IMG/VR virus record: IMGVR_UViG_3300032155_000021
Coordinates: 1-32,211 of that record
Reading direction: 5' to 3' (one strand)
Length of the DNA: 32,211 nucleotides
DNA from: a virus
Taxonomy: Duplodnaviria; Caudoviricetes
Below are positions 7,054-16,496 of the stretch, one piece after another. A program made the position numbers and the translations under genes. The notes under the pieces are model-generated. The model saw nothing but the letters and a program-made list of their open reading frames with translations. It was not told the origin of the DNA and made no database searches. Each line of letters starts with the position of its first letter. The stretch's first letter is position 1.

Positions 7054-7587
7054 ATGGCAAGGAAATCCACAGTCCAGCAGCTTTCACCGGAGATACGGTC
7101 CTATCTGGAGCGGCGGATCGTCGAGGGCAGATTGACGCTCGACGAGCTGATCGCAGACCTGCAGGGCAAGTTTCCCGACGAGGCCGCTCCCTCCCGCTCC
7201 GCCGTGCATCGTTACGGAAAGAAGCTGGAGCGAAAGCTCTCGGCCATCAAGGCGAGTACGGAAGCCGCGAAGCTCATTGCGGAGAGCGCGCCGGATCAGG
7301 CGGACCTCAGGTCCGCAGCTGTTATCAGCCTGGTCCAGTCAGAGCTGTTCGATGCGATGGTGTCGCTGCAGGAGGCCGAGGAAGAGTCCGACGCCGGAGC
7401 GCGTGTCAAGCTGCTCTCTCAGGCCGCCAAGGCTATCGCGGAGGTTTCCAGAGCGTCCGTGGTTCAAAAGCGCTGGCAGGACGAGGTGGCCGAGAAGCTG
7501 GCCAAGATCGAAGAGGCCATGCAGGACGATGCCCGTTACGACGCATACACATTCAATCGCATTAAGGAAGAGCTGTATGGCAGCTAA
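7054..7587 (+). CDS. Mu gp27-like (DUF3486) putative small terminase
   Basis: MARKSTVQQLSPEIRSYL...PSRSAVHRYG motif; upstream of the large terminase. Confidence 0.8.
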   Translation: MARKSTVQQLSPEIRSYLERRIVEGRLTLDELIADLQGKFPDEAAPSRSAVHRYGKKLERKLSAIKASTEAAKLIAESAPDQADLRSAAVISLVQSELFDAMVSLQEAEEESDAGARVKLLSQAAKAIAEVSRASVVQKRWQDEVAEKLAKIEEAMQDDARYDAYTFNRIKEELYGS

Positions 7588-8354
7588 TGTAAAGCCCATT
7601 ATGAAATATCCCGGCGGAAAAGGTGGCTGGCAAAAGACATTGCCGCCATGCTTCCGCCGCATCGTTGTTATGTGGAGGTCTTTGGTGGCATGGGGGCCGT
7701 GCTCCTGGCGAAAGAGCCCTCTCCTGTCGAGGTGTACAACGACGTCGACGAGGGGCTGGTGACGGTCTTCCGCGTCGCACGGCATCATCCCGACGAGCTT
7801 TCCAAGGAGCTTCGGTACTGCCTCTTTTCCCGTTCCGAGCGCCTGCACTGGCTGGAGTCTCCGGGCGAGACGGACATTCAGCGCGCCGCGCGGTGGATCG
7901 CTGCACGGTGGACCGGCTTTGCCGGGCTGGCCGGTCGTGGCTTCCATGTGTCCAGGTCGTGCGCTGCCGCATCGCGGGACACGCTGATCAAGAACATCAT
8001 GGCCGTATCCGATCGCCTGGCTCGGGTGTCGATAGAATGCCTCGACTGGCGGCGGCTGATCGACCTTTATGACCACGCCCCTTCGGGGGGGGGGGGGGGG
8101 GGGTAGTCTTTTTCCTGGACCCTCCCTACGCGGACGGCGACCAGAAGCTGTACGCGAGCGGCGGCATAGACCATGCCGAGCTTCGGGAGCGCCTGCGTAC
8201 TGTTAAGGGTAGCTGGATTTTGACCTACGGGGACCATCCGCTGATCAGGGAGCTGTATGCGGATTGCGAGATCGTGGAGCGAGAGCGCTGGAGGGGTATA
8301 AACAATGCAGCCCGCAAGCGCTACGTTGAACTTTTAATCAGGCCGAAAGAATGA
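7577..8354 (+). pseudogene. Dam-like (D12-class) DNA adenine methyltransferase split over three frames
   Basis: KYPGGK in frame 1; WLAKDIAAMLPPHRCYVEVFGG...VYNDVD in frame 2 after the A4 run at 7618-7621; VVFFLDPPY...ELLIRPKE* in frame 3 after G19 at 8085-8103. Final stop overlaps the terminase ATG. Confidence 0.85.
8085..8103 (+). repeat. Poly-G tract (19 G)
   Basis: Directly visible, just upstream of the DPPY codons. Confidence 0.95.
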
Positions 8355-9661
8355 GCGAATCAGTCCTTTATCCGTACCAGCGCAGATACCTGAACGACAC
8401 CTCCAGGTTTAAGTCGGGCATGTGGAGCCGTCAGACCGGCAAGACATTCACGACCACCCTGGAGGCCGTTCTGGACTGCCTTGACGCGGAGACGCAGGGC
8501 AAGTCTCGCCGATGGACCATTCTGTCCGTCAGCCAGGCCCGCGCCCTGGACGCCATGGACAACGGCGTGAAGCTCCACCTGCGCGCGTTCAAGGCCGGTT
8601 TCGAAGCGTTGGCCGTCCCCTTCGCCGCGAACGAGCTGGCCTTCGAGGTTAGGCTTCCCAAGGGGAGCCGCATACGGTGCGTGGCCGCGAACCCCGACAC
8701 CGCGCGAGGTATGACGGAAAACCTCATTCTTGACGAGTTTGCCCACCATAAGGACAACCGGGCGATATGGAGGGCCCTCTTCCCCGTCATATCCCGCCCC
8801 GACCTCAAGCTGCGCGTCATATCCACGCCCGGCGGAGTCGGAGACAAATTTCACGAGATCATGACCGATCCCGAGTCGGTCTTCTCCCGGCACATTGTGA
8901 CCATCTACGACGCCGTCGCCGACGGGCTCCCGCGAGACGTCGAAGAGCTGCGACGGGGCATGTCCGACCCGGAAGCCTGGGCGCAGGAGTTCGAGTGCCA
9001 GTTCGTCGACGCGGCCTCGGCCTGGCTCCCTTATGAGCTGGTCGGCAGCTGCGAGGACGAGGCCGCGGGGATTCCCGCAAAGTACTCCGGCGGCCATTGC
9101 TTTGTGGGGATGGACTTTGCGGCTCGCGGCGACCTGACCGTCATCGCCGTGCTGGAGATGGTCGGAGATGTCCTTTGGCTGCGGGAGCTGGTCGAAATGC
9201 GCCGGACGTCCTTTGCCGAGCAGCTGTCCGCCCTGGACAGGATCATGAAGGAATACCGGGTCTCCCGCGCCGCGCTCGACCAGACGGGTCTCGGCGAGAT
9301 GCCCGTCGAAGAGGCAAAGCGTCGCCATGGCCAGTACCGTGTCGAAGGCGTCCTGTTCTCCGCAGTGCGCAAGCTCGACATGGCCACCGCGCTCAAGGAG
9401 CGCATGGAGGATCGCTCGCTGCGGATTCCGCCCCGGCCCGAGTTGCGGTCGGACCTGCATTCCGTCAAGCGCGAAGCCAGCCCGACCGGAGCGCCGAGAC
9501 TGATCGCCGAGCGGACCACGGAAAGCGGCAGAAGCCACGCGGACAGATTCTGGGCCTTGGCTCTGGCCGTCTCGGCGGCCGTGGAGCCGTCACCTGTATA
9601 TGCCTATGAAACGGTCAGCCGGAGAACCTGGCGCGGAAGCGAGGATAATGAACGATGGTAG
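8351..9661 (+). CDS. Terminase large subunit (Mu gp28-like)
   Basis: Walker A SRQTGKT, Walker B LILDEFA, ISTP, nuclease GMDFA and HADRFWALAL. Confidence 0.93.
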   Translation: MSESVLYPYQRRYLNDTSRFKSGMWSRQTGKTFTTTLEAVLDCLDAETQGKSRRWTILSVSQARALDAMDNGVKLHLRAFKAGFEALAVPFAANELAFEVRLPKGSRIRCVAANPDTARGMTENLILDEFAHHKDNRAIWRALFPVISRPDLKLRVISTPGGVGDKFHEIMTDPESVFSRHIVTIYDAVADGLPRDVEELRRGMSDPEAWAQEFECQFVDAASAWLPYELVGSCEDEAAGIPAKYSGGHCFVGMDFAARGDLTVIAVLEMVGDVLWLRELVEMRRTSFAEQLSALDRIMKEYRVSRAALDQTGLGEMPVEEAKRRHGQYRVEGVLFSAVRKLDMATALKERMEDRSLRIPPRPELRSDLHSVKREASPTGAPRLIAERTTESGRSHADRFWALALAVSAAVEPSPVYAYETVSRRTWRGSEDNERW

Positions 9662-11205
9662 TAGATAAGAAGACACTGAAGTCCGAGGTGGCCTCGGCCG
9701 GGTTGACCGGCATACGGCAGGCGTGGACCTTGCGGCCCATGGCCTCGCTCACCCCGGCGCACGTGGTTGACATTTTGCGCAGGGCGAGCCTTGGCGACGC
9801 CAAGGAGTATCTGCTGGCCGCCGCAGACATTGAAGAGAAAGACCTGCACTACCGTTCGGTGTTGCAGACCCGCAAGCTGGCCGCCGCAGGGTTGCCGCTG
9901 TCCGTTTCTCCAGCCGACGAGACGCCCGCCGCCGAGAAGGCTGCGGAGCTTGTCCAAGACGCGCTGGAGAGGCTGGACATCCCCGCCCTGCTGGTGGGAC
10001 TGCTTGACGCGCTGTCCAAGGGGTATGCCGTTGCGGAGATTCTCTGGTCCACCCAGGGCGGCCGGTGGTTGCCCCAGGACGCGCTGATCCGCGAGCCGCA
10101 CTGGTTCCAGTTCGACCGGGAGACCGGCCGCCATCTGCGTCTGTACGACGGGTCGCCGGATGGCCAGGAGCTGCCGGAGTACAAGTTTATCTGCCATGCT
10201 CCGAGGATTCTGGCGGGCATTCCGATCATGGGCGGCCTCGCCCGTTCGGCGCTGTGGGCGTGGGTGTTCAAGAGTTATGCCCTGCGCGATTGGGCGGCAT
10301 TCGCCGAGCTGTACGGCCAGCCGCTGCGCCTGGGCAAATACGACGCCTCGGCCACCCAGCAGGATATTGACGTGCTTCGCCGGGCGGTGATGGATGTCGG
10401 CTCCGATGCCGCCGCCGTTATTCCCGACAGCCTCAAGATCGAATTTCAGGAGTCGACGGCCAAGACGGCCAGCGCGGACCTGTACCAGCGCCTGATCGAA
10501 TATCTGGACCGCCAGGTGAGCAAGGCCGTTTTGGGACAGACGCTGACGACAGACCAGGGTTCCAGCGGCAGCCTTGCCCAGGCCACGGTCCACAACGAGG
10601 TTCGCAGTGACCTCTTGCGCGCCGACGCACGTTCTTTGTCTGCGACGCTCCGCCGGGGTCTTATCGGCCCCATCGTGCGCTTGAACCTTGGAGATGCGCC
10701 CCTTCCTCACGTGGAACTGTTCGTTGAAGAGCCCGAGGACATGGTGGCGCTTGCGGACCAGCTGTCCAAGATTGTCCCCCTCGGTGCCAAGGTGCCGGAG
10801 CGCTGGGTGCGTGAGAAGTGGGGCATCCCCGAAGCGGAAGGCGACGAGCCTCTTTTGGGTGCTGTATCCGCGCCGGAAAATCTCAAACAAACAGAGCAAG
10901 ACAAAGACAAGCACTCCCGCAAGGCTACCGCCGCACACGCCCAGGAGGCTTCCGGAGAGGATGTGACCCCCATATCCCCCCAGGCCGAAAGGATGGCTGC
11001 GGATGCCGAGCCAGGGTGGGCGACCATTCTGGAGCACATCGGCAAGCTGGTCGAGGACGCTCCGGACCTTCCGACGCTTCGGGAGTCGCTGCTCGCAAGC
11101 TACGCCGATCTGCCCGATGGAGATCTGGCCGAAGTGATGGCCATGGGATTCGCCGCCGCCGAGCTGGCGGGGCGCTACGACGTGGAGAGGGAGTCTGATG
11201 TCTGA
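9655..11205 (+). CDS. Portal protein (Mu gp29/DUF935-like)
   Basis: LLDALSKGYAVAEILW, FAELYGQPLRLGKY, SKAVLGQTLTT, HNEVR motifs. Confidence 0.9.
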   Translation: MVVDKKTLKSEVASAGLTGIRQAWTLRPMASLTPAHVVDILRRASLGDAKEYLLAAADIEEKDLHYRSVLQTRKLAAAGLPLSVSPADETPAAEKAAELVQDALERLDIPALLVGLLDALSKGYAVAEILWSTQGGRWLPQDALIREPHWFQFDRETGRHLRLYDGSPDGQELPEYKFICHAPRILAGIPIMGGLARSALWAWVFKSYALRDWAAFAELYGQPLRLGKYDASATQQDIDVLRRAVMDVGSDAAAVIPDSLKIEFQESTAKTASADLYQRLIEYLDRQVSKAVLGQTLTTDQGSSGSLAQATVHNEVRSDLLRADARSLSATLRRGLIGPIVRLNLGDAPLPHVELFVEEPEDMVALADQLSKIVPLGAKVPERWVREKWGIPEAEGDEPLLGAVSAPENLKQTEQDKDKHSRKATAAHAQEASGEDVTPISPQAERMAADAEPGWATILEHIGKLVEDAPDLPTLRESLLASYADLPDGDLAEVMAMGFAAAELAGRYDVERESDV

Positions 11206-12436
11206 TCCGGCCGCAGCTGACCCGAAGGTGGCGGGCGTACTCAAGCGCCCGTTTCCGGAGCAGGTCGCCTTTTTCCGGGCCAAGCTCGGCAAAATGATGC
11301 CGTCCGCCAAGTGGGACGACGTCTGGAAGGGGCGGCACGATCAGGGGTTCATGGTGGCCGGGGCCGCAAAGGCGGACCTGCTGTCCGACCTGGCCGCAGC
11401 GGTCGACAGGGTTATTGCCGAGGGCGGAAGTATTCAGTCCTTCCGCAAGGACTTTGCCCGAATCGTCGAGCGCAACGGCTGGGACTACCGGGGCGAGTTC
11501 AACTGGCGCACCAGGGTTATCTACACGACCAATCTTTCCACGAGCTACGCCGCCGGTCGCCTTGCGCAGCTGCGCGAGGGCGGCTTTGAGTGGTGGGTGT
11601 ACAAGCACTCCGACAGCTCCCTTCATCCCCGTCCGCTGCATGTGTCCTGGAACGGTCTCACGCTGCGGGCTGACGATCCTTGGTGGAAGGCGCACTACCC
11701 TCCAAACGGGTGGGGCTGCCGATGCCGGGTTGTCGGCGTCAGGCGTCCCGAGGATGCCGACAGGTACGGCGGCAAGGTGCGCACGGCTCCGGATAATGGA
11801 ATCGACCCCAAGACGGGAGAGCCGAGCGGCATCGACCGTGGATGGGGCTACATGCCCGGCGACACGGTTTCAGACGCCGTCCGGACGATGGCGGCCAAAA
11901 CGCAGCAGTGGGATTATTCCCTGGCCAAGTCGTACATGCAGGGAGTTCCGGAGTCTGTCCGCGACAGGCTGGCCACGGCATATCGCAGCCTGCCTTCCGT
12001 GGCGGATGATGTTCGGCGTTATGCTCAGGCCGCGTTGGACGGCAGGGACGTCCCCCCGTATCGGACCATGGGCCTGCTCACAAGTGCAGACGCGAAGACG
12101 GTGGGAGGACTGACCGGCGCAAGGGTCGATCTGTTCGACTATGCGATCGACCAGTATGCACCCAGGCACATACTCACCGGGCATGGCGACGCCAAGTCAG
12201 AACTCGCCAGAGGCCAGCGGGAAGTAAGGGTCGAAGACTATGCCTTGCTGCCTGAAATGCTGAACAAGCCGGACCTGGTCGAGGACGGTGGCGTGAACAA
12301 GGTTGGCCGCAAGGTCGTGCGGATATCGAAAGAGATGGACGGCGAGACGCTCACGGCCGCTTTTGAGGTTCGGAAAAAGAGAAGGTCGCTGGCTCTGCAG
12401 AGCATGTGGATAAAAGCAGGTGCGCCCCCGCGCTAA
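11198..12436 (+). CDS. MuF (gp30/F) minor head protein with C-terminal nuclease-like extension
   Basis: PFPEQVAFFRAK, RTRVIYTTN, HYPPNGWGCRCRV; extra ~130 aa with RHILTGHG...RGQ...LPEMLNKPD...SMWIK. Confidence 0.85.
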   Translation: MSDPAAADPKVAGVLKRPFPEQVAFFRAKLGKMMPSAKWDDVWKGRHDQGFMVAGAAKADLLSDLAAAVDRVIAEGGSIQSFRKDFARIVERNGWDYRGEFNWRTRVIYTTNLSTSYAAGRLAQLREGGFEWWVYKHSDSSLHPRPLHVSWNGLTLRADDPWWKAHYPPNGWGCRCRVVGVRRPEDADRYGGKVRTAPDNGIDPKTGEPSGIDRGWGYMPGDTVSDAVRTMAAKTQQWDYSLAKSYMQGVPESVRDRLATAYRSLPSVADDVRRYAQAALDGRDVPPYRTMGLLTSADAKTVGGLTGARVDLFDYAIDQYAPRHILTGHGDAKSELARGQREVRVEDYALLPEMLNKPDLVEDGGVNKVGRKVVRISKEMDGETLTAAFEVRKKRRSLALQSMWIKAGAPPR

Positions 12437-12502
12437 CGTCCAGGACGTTTCCGGGTATGAGCCGGACGCCGCGATGCACGCACCTTTCAATAGAGTATAG
12501 CC

Positions 12503-13012
12503 ATGATCAACATCGAAATCAACGACAGAGAGGTTCTGGACGCCCTGGAGGGGCTTGTCCGTCGCCTCGGCAATATGTCTCCCGCCATGCAGGATATCGG
12601 GGAGCTGCTCGCCGAGAGCGCGATCCAGAGGTTCTCCGACGGCGTCGGCCCTGACGGCGAGGCGTGGAAGGAGAACTCTCCGGCGACCATCCTTGCCTAT
12701 GTCGACAAGTACAAGGGCTCCCGCAGCAAGCGCGGCGGGCTGACCAAGAAAGGCCAGACCCGCGCGGGATCAAAGAAGCCGCTCATCGGCGAAACCAAAT
12801 CCCTGTCCACGATGATACATTACAGCGCGGGTCGCGACAGGGTTGAAATCGGCAGCCCACAGGTTTATGCTGCCGTGCAGCAGTTCGGCGCGAAGCGTGG
12901 GCAATTTGGCGCGGCCCCCTGGGGCGACATCCCGGCCCGTCCTTTCCTTGGCGTTTCGGACAGCGACAAGGGCTCCATCCTGGCCATCGTATCGGGATAT
13001 ATGCTGCCATGA
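12503..13012 (+). CDS. Mu gpG-like virion morphogenesis protein
   Basis: RFSDGVGPDGEAW, YAAVQQFG, IPARPFLG motifs. Confidence 0.85.
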   Translation: MINIEINDREVLDALEGLVRRLGNMSPAMQDIGELLAESAIQRFSDGVGPDGEAWKENSPATILAYVDKYKGSRSKRGGLTKKGQTRAGSKKPLIGETKSLSTMIHYSAGRDRVEIGSPQVYAAVQQFGAKRGQFGAAPWGDIPARPFLGVSDSDKGSILAIVSGYMLP

Positions 13013-13170
13013 TGACGAGAGGGGTTGCGCAAAATCCGAAAACTCGCCAGAATGCCCCCAGAACGATTTTTAACCATCGTCCCTAGCGTGGACACCTGTC
13101 CACCCCCTTCACCCCCCTAGTAAACGCCGGTAAACGGGTTAAACGGGGCGACCAGACAAAGACACCAATC

Positions 13171-13214
13171 AGGCGCGGAAGAGAGCGGCTATATGCTGAC
13201 CCTCTTCCGCGCCT
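13171..13214 (+). terminator. Inverted repeat followed by a T-rich run (terminator-like)
   Basis: AGGCGCGGAAGAG / CTCTTCCGCGCCT perfect 13-bp stem, 18-nt loop, then CTTTATTTT. Confidence 0.5.
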
Positions 13215-13245
13215 CTTTATTTTCTGATGTGGCCATCATGGCCGC
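13196..13245 (+). promoter_or_regulatory. Putative late promoter (PI-like)
   Basis: CTGA-N6-TCC starts 38 nt before CATCAT; ATG 6 nt later; no SD. Confidence 0.6.
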
Positions 13246-14190
13246 ATGAAGACCCTCACCGATCGTTTCAGCATCCGCCTTCCTTCCTCGGACACCCCGC
13301 CGGAATGGGTTCATCTCGTTCCGGCGGGGAACTTCTCGGGGCGCGACGGGCGCGGGCCGTATGAGCTTGACGCCGACGCCGTGCTGTCTGCCTTTGCCGG
13401 GTGGGGAATCGACCTGGTGGTCGACTACGATCACCAGACCCTTACCGCCGAGAAGAAGGCCGGACCAGTCCCCGCAGCCGGATGGATCAAGAAGCTGGAG
13501 CTTCGAGAGGACGGCGTGTGGGGGCAGGCAACGTGGACCGAGACGGCAGCAAAAGCGCTCGCCGCCAAGGAGTACAGGTACCTGTCGCCGGTATTCGCAT
13601 ACGACCCGGACACCGGAAGGGTCGTGTCTCTCTCCGGGGCTGGCCTGACGAACACCCCCAACCTTTACCTGCATGCCGCAGCCTCTCAAGGAGACCCCAT
13701 GAGCAAGGAACTGCAGGAGCGAGTCGCCCACAAGCTGGGACTCGCCCCCACCGCCTCGGCCGAGGAAATCCTGGCCGAGCTTGACAAGAAGAAAGACCTG
13801 CTGACCGCAGCCCAGGCCGCACAGGGCGCGGCCCCCGACCCGACCAAGTACGTGCCTCTCGACCAGCATGAAGCGGTGTCCCGAAAGCTGGCCGAACTGG
13901 AGGGCGAGGTCAAAACCAAGGCCGCGACGGACGCCGTGTCCGCAGCGATGTCCGCTGGCAAGATCGCCCCTGCCATGGAGGGCTGGGCCAAGGATTACGC
14001 GATGGCCGACCTCGAAGGCTTCGCCAAGTACGTGGAGGCGGCTCCTGTCATCGCTTCCTCCCATTCCATGAAGCGCCCGGACGGCGACGGCCATTCCGAG
14101 CTGTCCGAGGACGATCGCACGGCGGCCCGCCTGCTGGGCATGTCGGAAGAAGCGTTTTCCCAGGCCAAGAAGGATGTCCAGCATGGCTAA
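13246..14190 (+). CDS. Mu gpI-like prohead protease / scaffold
   Basis: WVHLVPAG..GRDGR, VDYDHQT, AAGWI, EYRYLSPVF, AGLTNTPNL motifs. Confidence 0.9.
   Translation: MKTLTDRFSIRLPSSDTPPEWVHLVPAGNFSGRDGRGPYELDADAVLSAFAGWGIDLVVDYDHQTLTAEKKAGPVPAAGWIKKLELREDGVWGQATWTETAAKALAAKEYRYLSPVFAYDPDTGRVVSLSGAGLTNTPNLYLHAAASQGDPMSKELQERVAHKLGLAPTASAEEILAELDKKKDLLTAAQAAQGAAPDPTKYVPLDQHEAVSRKLAELEGEVKTKAATDAVSAAMSAGKIAPAMEGWAKDYAMADLEGFAKYVEAAPVIASSHSMKRPDGDGHSELSEDDRTAARLLGMSEEAFSQAKKDVQHG
13699..14190 (+). CDS. Probable internal-start scaffolding protein (Mu gpZ-like)
   Basis: In-frame ATG at 13699 preceded by AAGGAG, right after the protease domain. Confidence 0.65.
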   Translation: MSKELQERVAHKLGLAPTASAEEILAELDKKKDLLTAAQAAQGAAPDPTKYVPLDQHEAVSRKLAELEGEVKTKAATDAVSAAMSAGKIAPAMEGWAKDYAMADLEGFAKYVEAAPVIASSHSMKRPDGDGHSELSEDDRTAARLLGMSEEAFSQAKKDVQHG

Positions 14191-14464
14191 CCGCCTCGCG
14201 GAAGTGAAGGCGCACGCGCTGCGGCAGAAGGATGTGCGCGCGGCCGTGTTGGCTGCGCTGTATGTGTCTCGCACCGTCAAGACACCGCCTCTCGACGGCC
14301 TTTCCGTCAAGCACGTCGCAGACGACAGCGGCTACTCCGAAGTGGAAGTGCGCTTTGCTTGCGAGGTGCTTGTCGAGACGGGAATGGCGTTGCCGACCGG
14401 CAGCTACTACCGCATTACCCCGCGCGGCTGCGTTGAAATCGAATCCATCACCGAAAAGGAGTAA
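14183..14464 (+). CDS. Hypothetical winged-helix-like protein
   Basis: Fills the I-T gap; SEVEVRFACEVLVETG...YYRITPRG resembles a wHTH. Start could be 14174. Confidence 0.55.
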   Translation: MANRLAEVKAHALRQKDVRAAVLAALYVSRTVKTPPLDGLSVKHVADDSGYSEVEVRFACEVLVETGMALPTGSYYRITPRGCVEIESITEKE

Positions 14465-14470
14465 GTGAAC

Positions 14471-15385
14471 ATGGCTATCGTTACCCCCGCCCTTATCACC
14501 TCGCTGCGCACCGGGTTCTCCGACGCGTTCCGCAAGGCGCTGGGCGACACCCCCACCGACTATCAGAAGGTCGCGACCGTCGTTCCCTCCGGGTCCGCCG
14601 GAAACACGTACGGCTGGCTCGGGCAGTTCCCCAAGCTGCGCGAGTGGATCGGCGACCGCGTCATCAAGGATATGGCCGCCCAGGCGTACCAGGTCCAGAA
14701 CAAGCTGTACGAATCCACGGTCGGCGTGAAGCGTACCGACATCGAGGACGACAACGTCGGTATCTACACCCCGCTGTTCTCCGAGATGGGCCGGGCCGCC
14801 ATGTCCCACGCGGACGAGCTGGTCTTTGCCCTGCTCAAGGCCGGAGCTTCGACCCTGTGCTACGACGGGCAGAACTTCTTCGACACCGACCACCCCATCT
14901 ACCCCGAGGTTGACGGGACCGGGTCCGCTGAAACCGTGTCCAATATGGACGTCCCCGGAGCTGATCCCGGCGCGCCCTGGTACCTGCTCGACACCGGCCG
15001 CGCCCTCAAGCCGCTGATCTTCCAGGAGCGCACCAAGCCGGAACTCGACAGCATGACCGCGACCAACGACGAGGGCGTGTTCGTCCGCGACGAGTACCGC
15101 TACGGCATTCGCTACCGCTGCAACGCGGGCTTCGGTTTCTGGCAGATGGCCTACATGAGCCGCCAGACTCTGAACGCCACCAACTTCAACTCCGCCATGA
15201 CCGCCATGATGAGCACCAAGGCCGACGGCGGCCGCCCGCTGGGCATCAAGCCCTCCGTGCTGGTTGTTCCCCCGTCCCTGCGCGCTGCGGCCATCGAGAT
15301 CGTCAAGAACGAGCGCCTGGCCAACGGCGCGTCCAACCCCAACTTCGGCGTGGTCGACATGATCGTCTCGCCGTGGGTGGCCTAA
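14471..15385 (+). CDS. Major capsid protein (Mu gpT-like)
   Basis: YGWLGQFPKLREWIGDR, IEDDNVGIY, CYDGQNFFDTDHP, KPLIFQER motifs; AAGGAG RBS. GTG 14465 is an alternative start. Confidence 0.93.
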   Translation: MAIVTPALITSLRTGFSDAFRKALGDTPTDYQKVATVVPSGSAGNTYGWLGQFPKLREWIGDRVIKDMAAQAYQVQNKLYESTVGVKRTDIEDDNVGIYTPLFSEMGRAAMSHADELVFALLKAGASTLCYDGQNFFDTDHPIYPEVDGTGSAETVSNMDVPGADPGAPWYLLDTGRALKPLIFQERTKPELDSMTATNDEGVFVRDEYRYGIRYRCNAGFGFWQMAYMSRQTLNATNFNSAMTAMMSTKADGGRPLGIKPSVLVVPPSLRAAAIEIVKNERLANGASNPNFGVVDMIVSPWVA

Positions 15386-15397
15386 GGAGGTTCTCTG

Positions 15398-15601
15398 ATG
15401 GCTGAGAAAGAAAAGACTCAGAAGAGGGACGAAAAGCAGGAGTCCGGCCTGGTCAAGCTCGTGGTGCGAACCAAGAGTCTCTCGCGCCGGTTCCGTGCTG
15501 GCCTCGGGCCGTTCCATCCGGAGCCCGAAGAGGTCGAAGCTACCCCCGACCAGGAAGCGGCTCTTCGCGCTGATCCCGAACTCGTGGTGAACGTGGCATG
15601 A
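15398..15601 (+). CDS. Small head-associated protein
   Basis: AAGGAGG RBS; RFRAG..F...ALRADPELVV pattern common after Mu-like capsid genes. Confidence 0.65.
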   Translation: MAEKEKTQKRDEKQESGLVKLVVRTKSLSRRFRAGLGPFHPEPEEVEATPDQEAALRADPELVVNVA

Positions 15602-16017
15602 GCTACGCCACGCTGCAGGAGTTAGTCGATCGCTACGGCGAGGAGCGACTGGTGCAGTTGACCGACAGGAGCATGGCCGAGGCCATAGACCAGGCCGTGC
15701 TCCTGCGCGCCATTGCCGACGCCGACGCCGAGATCGACGGGTATCTGGCCGCGCGCTACCGCCTCCCTCTGGCGAGTGTTCCTCCTGTGCTGACGCGGAT
15801 CGCCCCGGACATTGTCTTCTATCGCCTCCATAGCGATGAAGCTCCGGAAGAGGTTCGCACCCGCTATGAGGACGCCCGCCGCCTGCTGGAGGGCATCAGC
15901 CGTGGCTCTGTCGGCCTCGGCGTTCCGGAGACCGAGGATCAGCCTCGCCCGTCGCTGGCCTCTGCCAGTTCCGGGAATCCGCGCATCATGGATCGCTCGG
16001 GTACGGAGGGGCTCTAA
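15598..16017 (+). CDS. Head-tail connector (Mu gp36/DUF1320-like)
   Basis: MSYATLQELVDRYG, DADAEIDGYLAARYRLPL, RYEDARRLL. Confidence 0.88.
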   Translation: MSYATLQELVDRYGEERLVQLTDRSMAEAIDQAVLLRAIADADAEIDGYLAARYRLPLASVPPVLTRIAPDIVFYRLHSDEAPEEVRTRYEDARRLLEGISRGSVGLGVPETEDQPRPSLASASSGNPRIMDRSGTEGL

Positions 16018-16496
16018 TGGTTTCTCTTGAGCCCGCGCTTGTCGCCCGTATCGCCGAGAACATGCCCAAGGGCGTGAAAGTCTTCTCCGCCGCCGACCTT
16101 GCCGGTGTGCGCGAGGCCGCACAGCACACCCCGGCGGTGCATGTGATCTATGACGGATATCGTGTGGTTCAGGCCGACGGGGCTGCAGCCGAGATTGAAA
16201 CGTCCTGGCTGACCGTTCTGGCGGTGAGAAACGCGAGAGCACAGAAGACGGGGAGCGCGGCAAGAGAAGATGCTGCGAAGCTCATTTCCAGCCTGTACGG
16301 CTCTTTGGCCGGGTGGCTACCCTCTGGGTGCGTACGCGAGCTTGAGCTGGCCAATGCCCCGCGTCCCGGCTTCGACGCCGGGTTCCTGTATCTGCCGTTG
16401 GCGTGGAATGCGCGCCAGGTGTTGGTGGGCTGCGTGGCCGGAGAAGAGGTCGAAGTTCCCTTGCAAACAGTAACATTCAAAGGAGACGTCGAATGA
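16017..16496 (+). CDS. Tail completion/terminator protein (Mu gp37-like)
   Basis: Synteny between connector and sheath; PAVHVIYDG motif. Confidence 0.6.
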   Translation: MVSLEPALVARIAENMPKGVKVFSAADLAGVREAAQHTPAVHVIYDGYRVVQADGAAAEIETSWLTVLAVRNARAQKTGSAAREDAAKLISSLYGSLAGWLPSGCVRELELANAPRPGFDAGFLYLPLAWNARQVLVGCVAGEEVEVPLQTVTFKGDVE

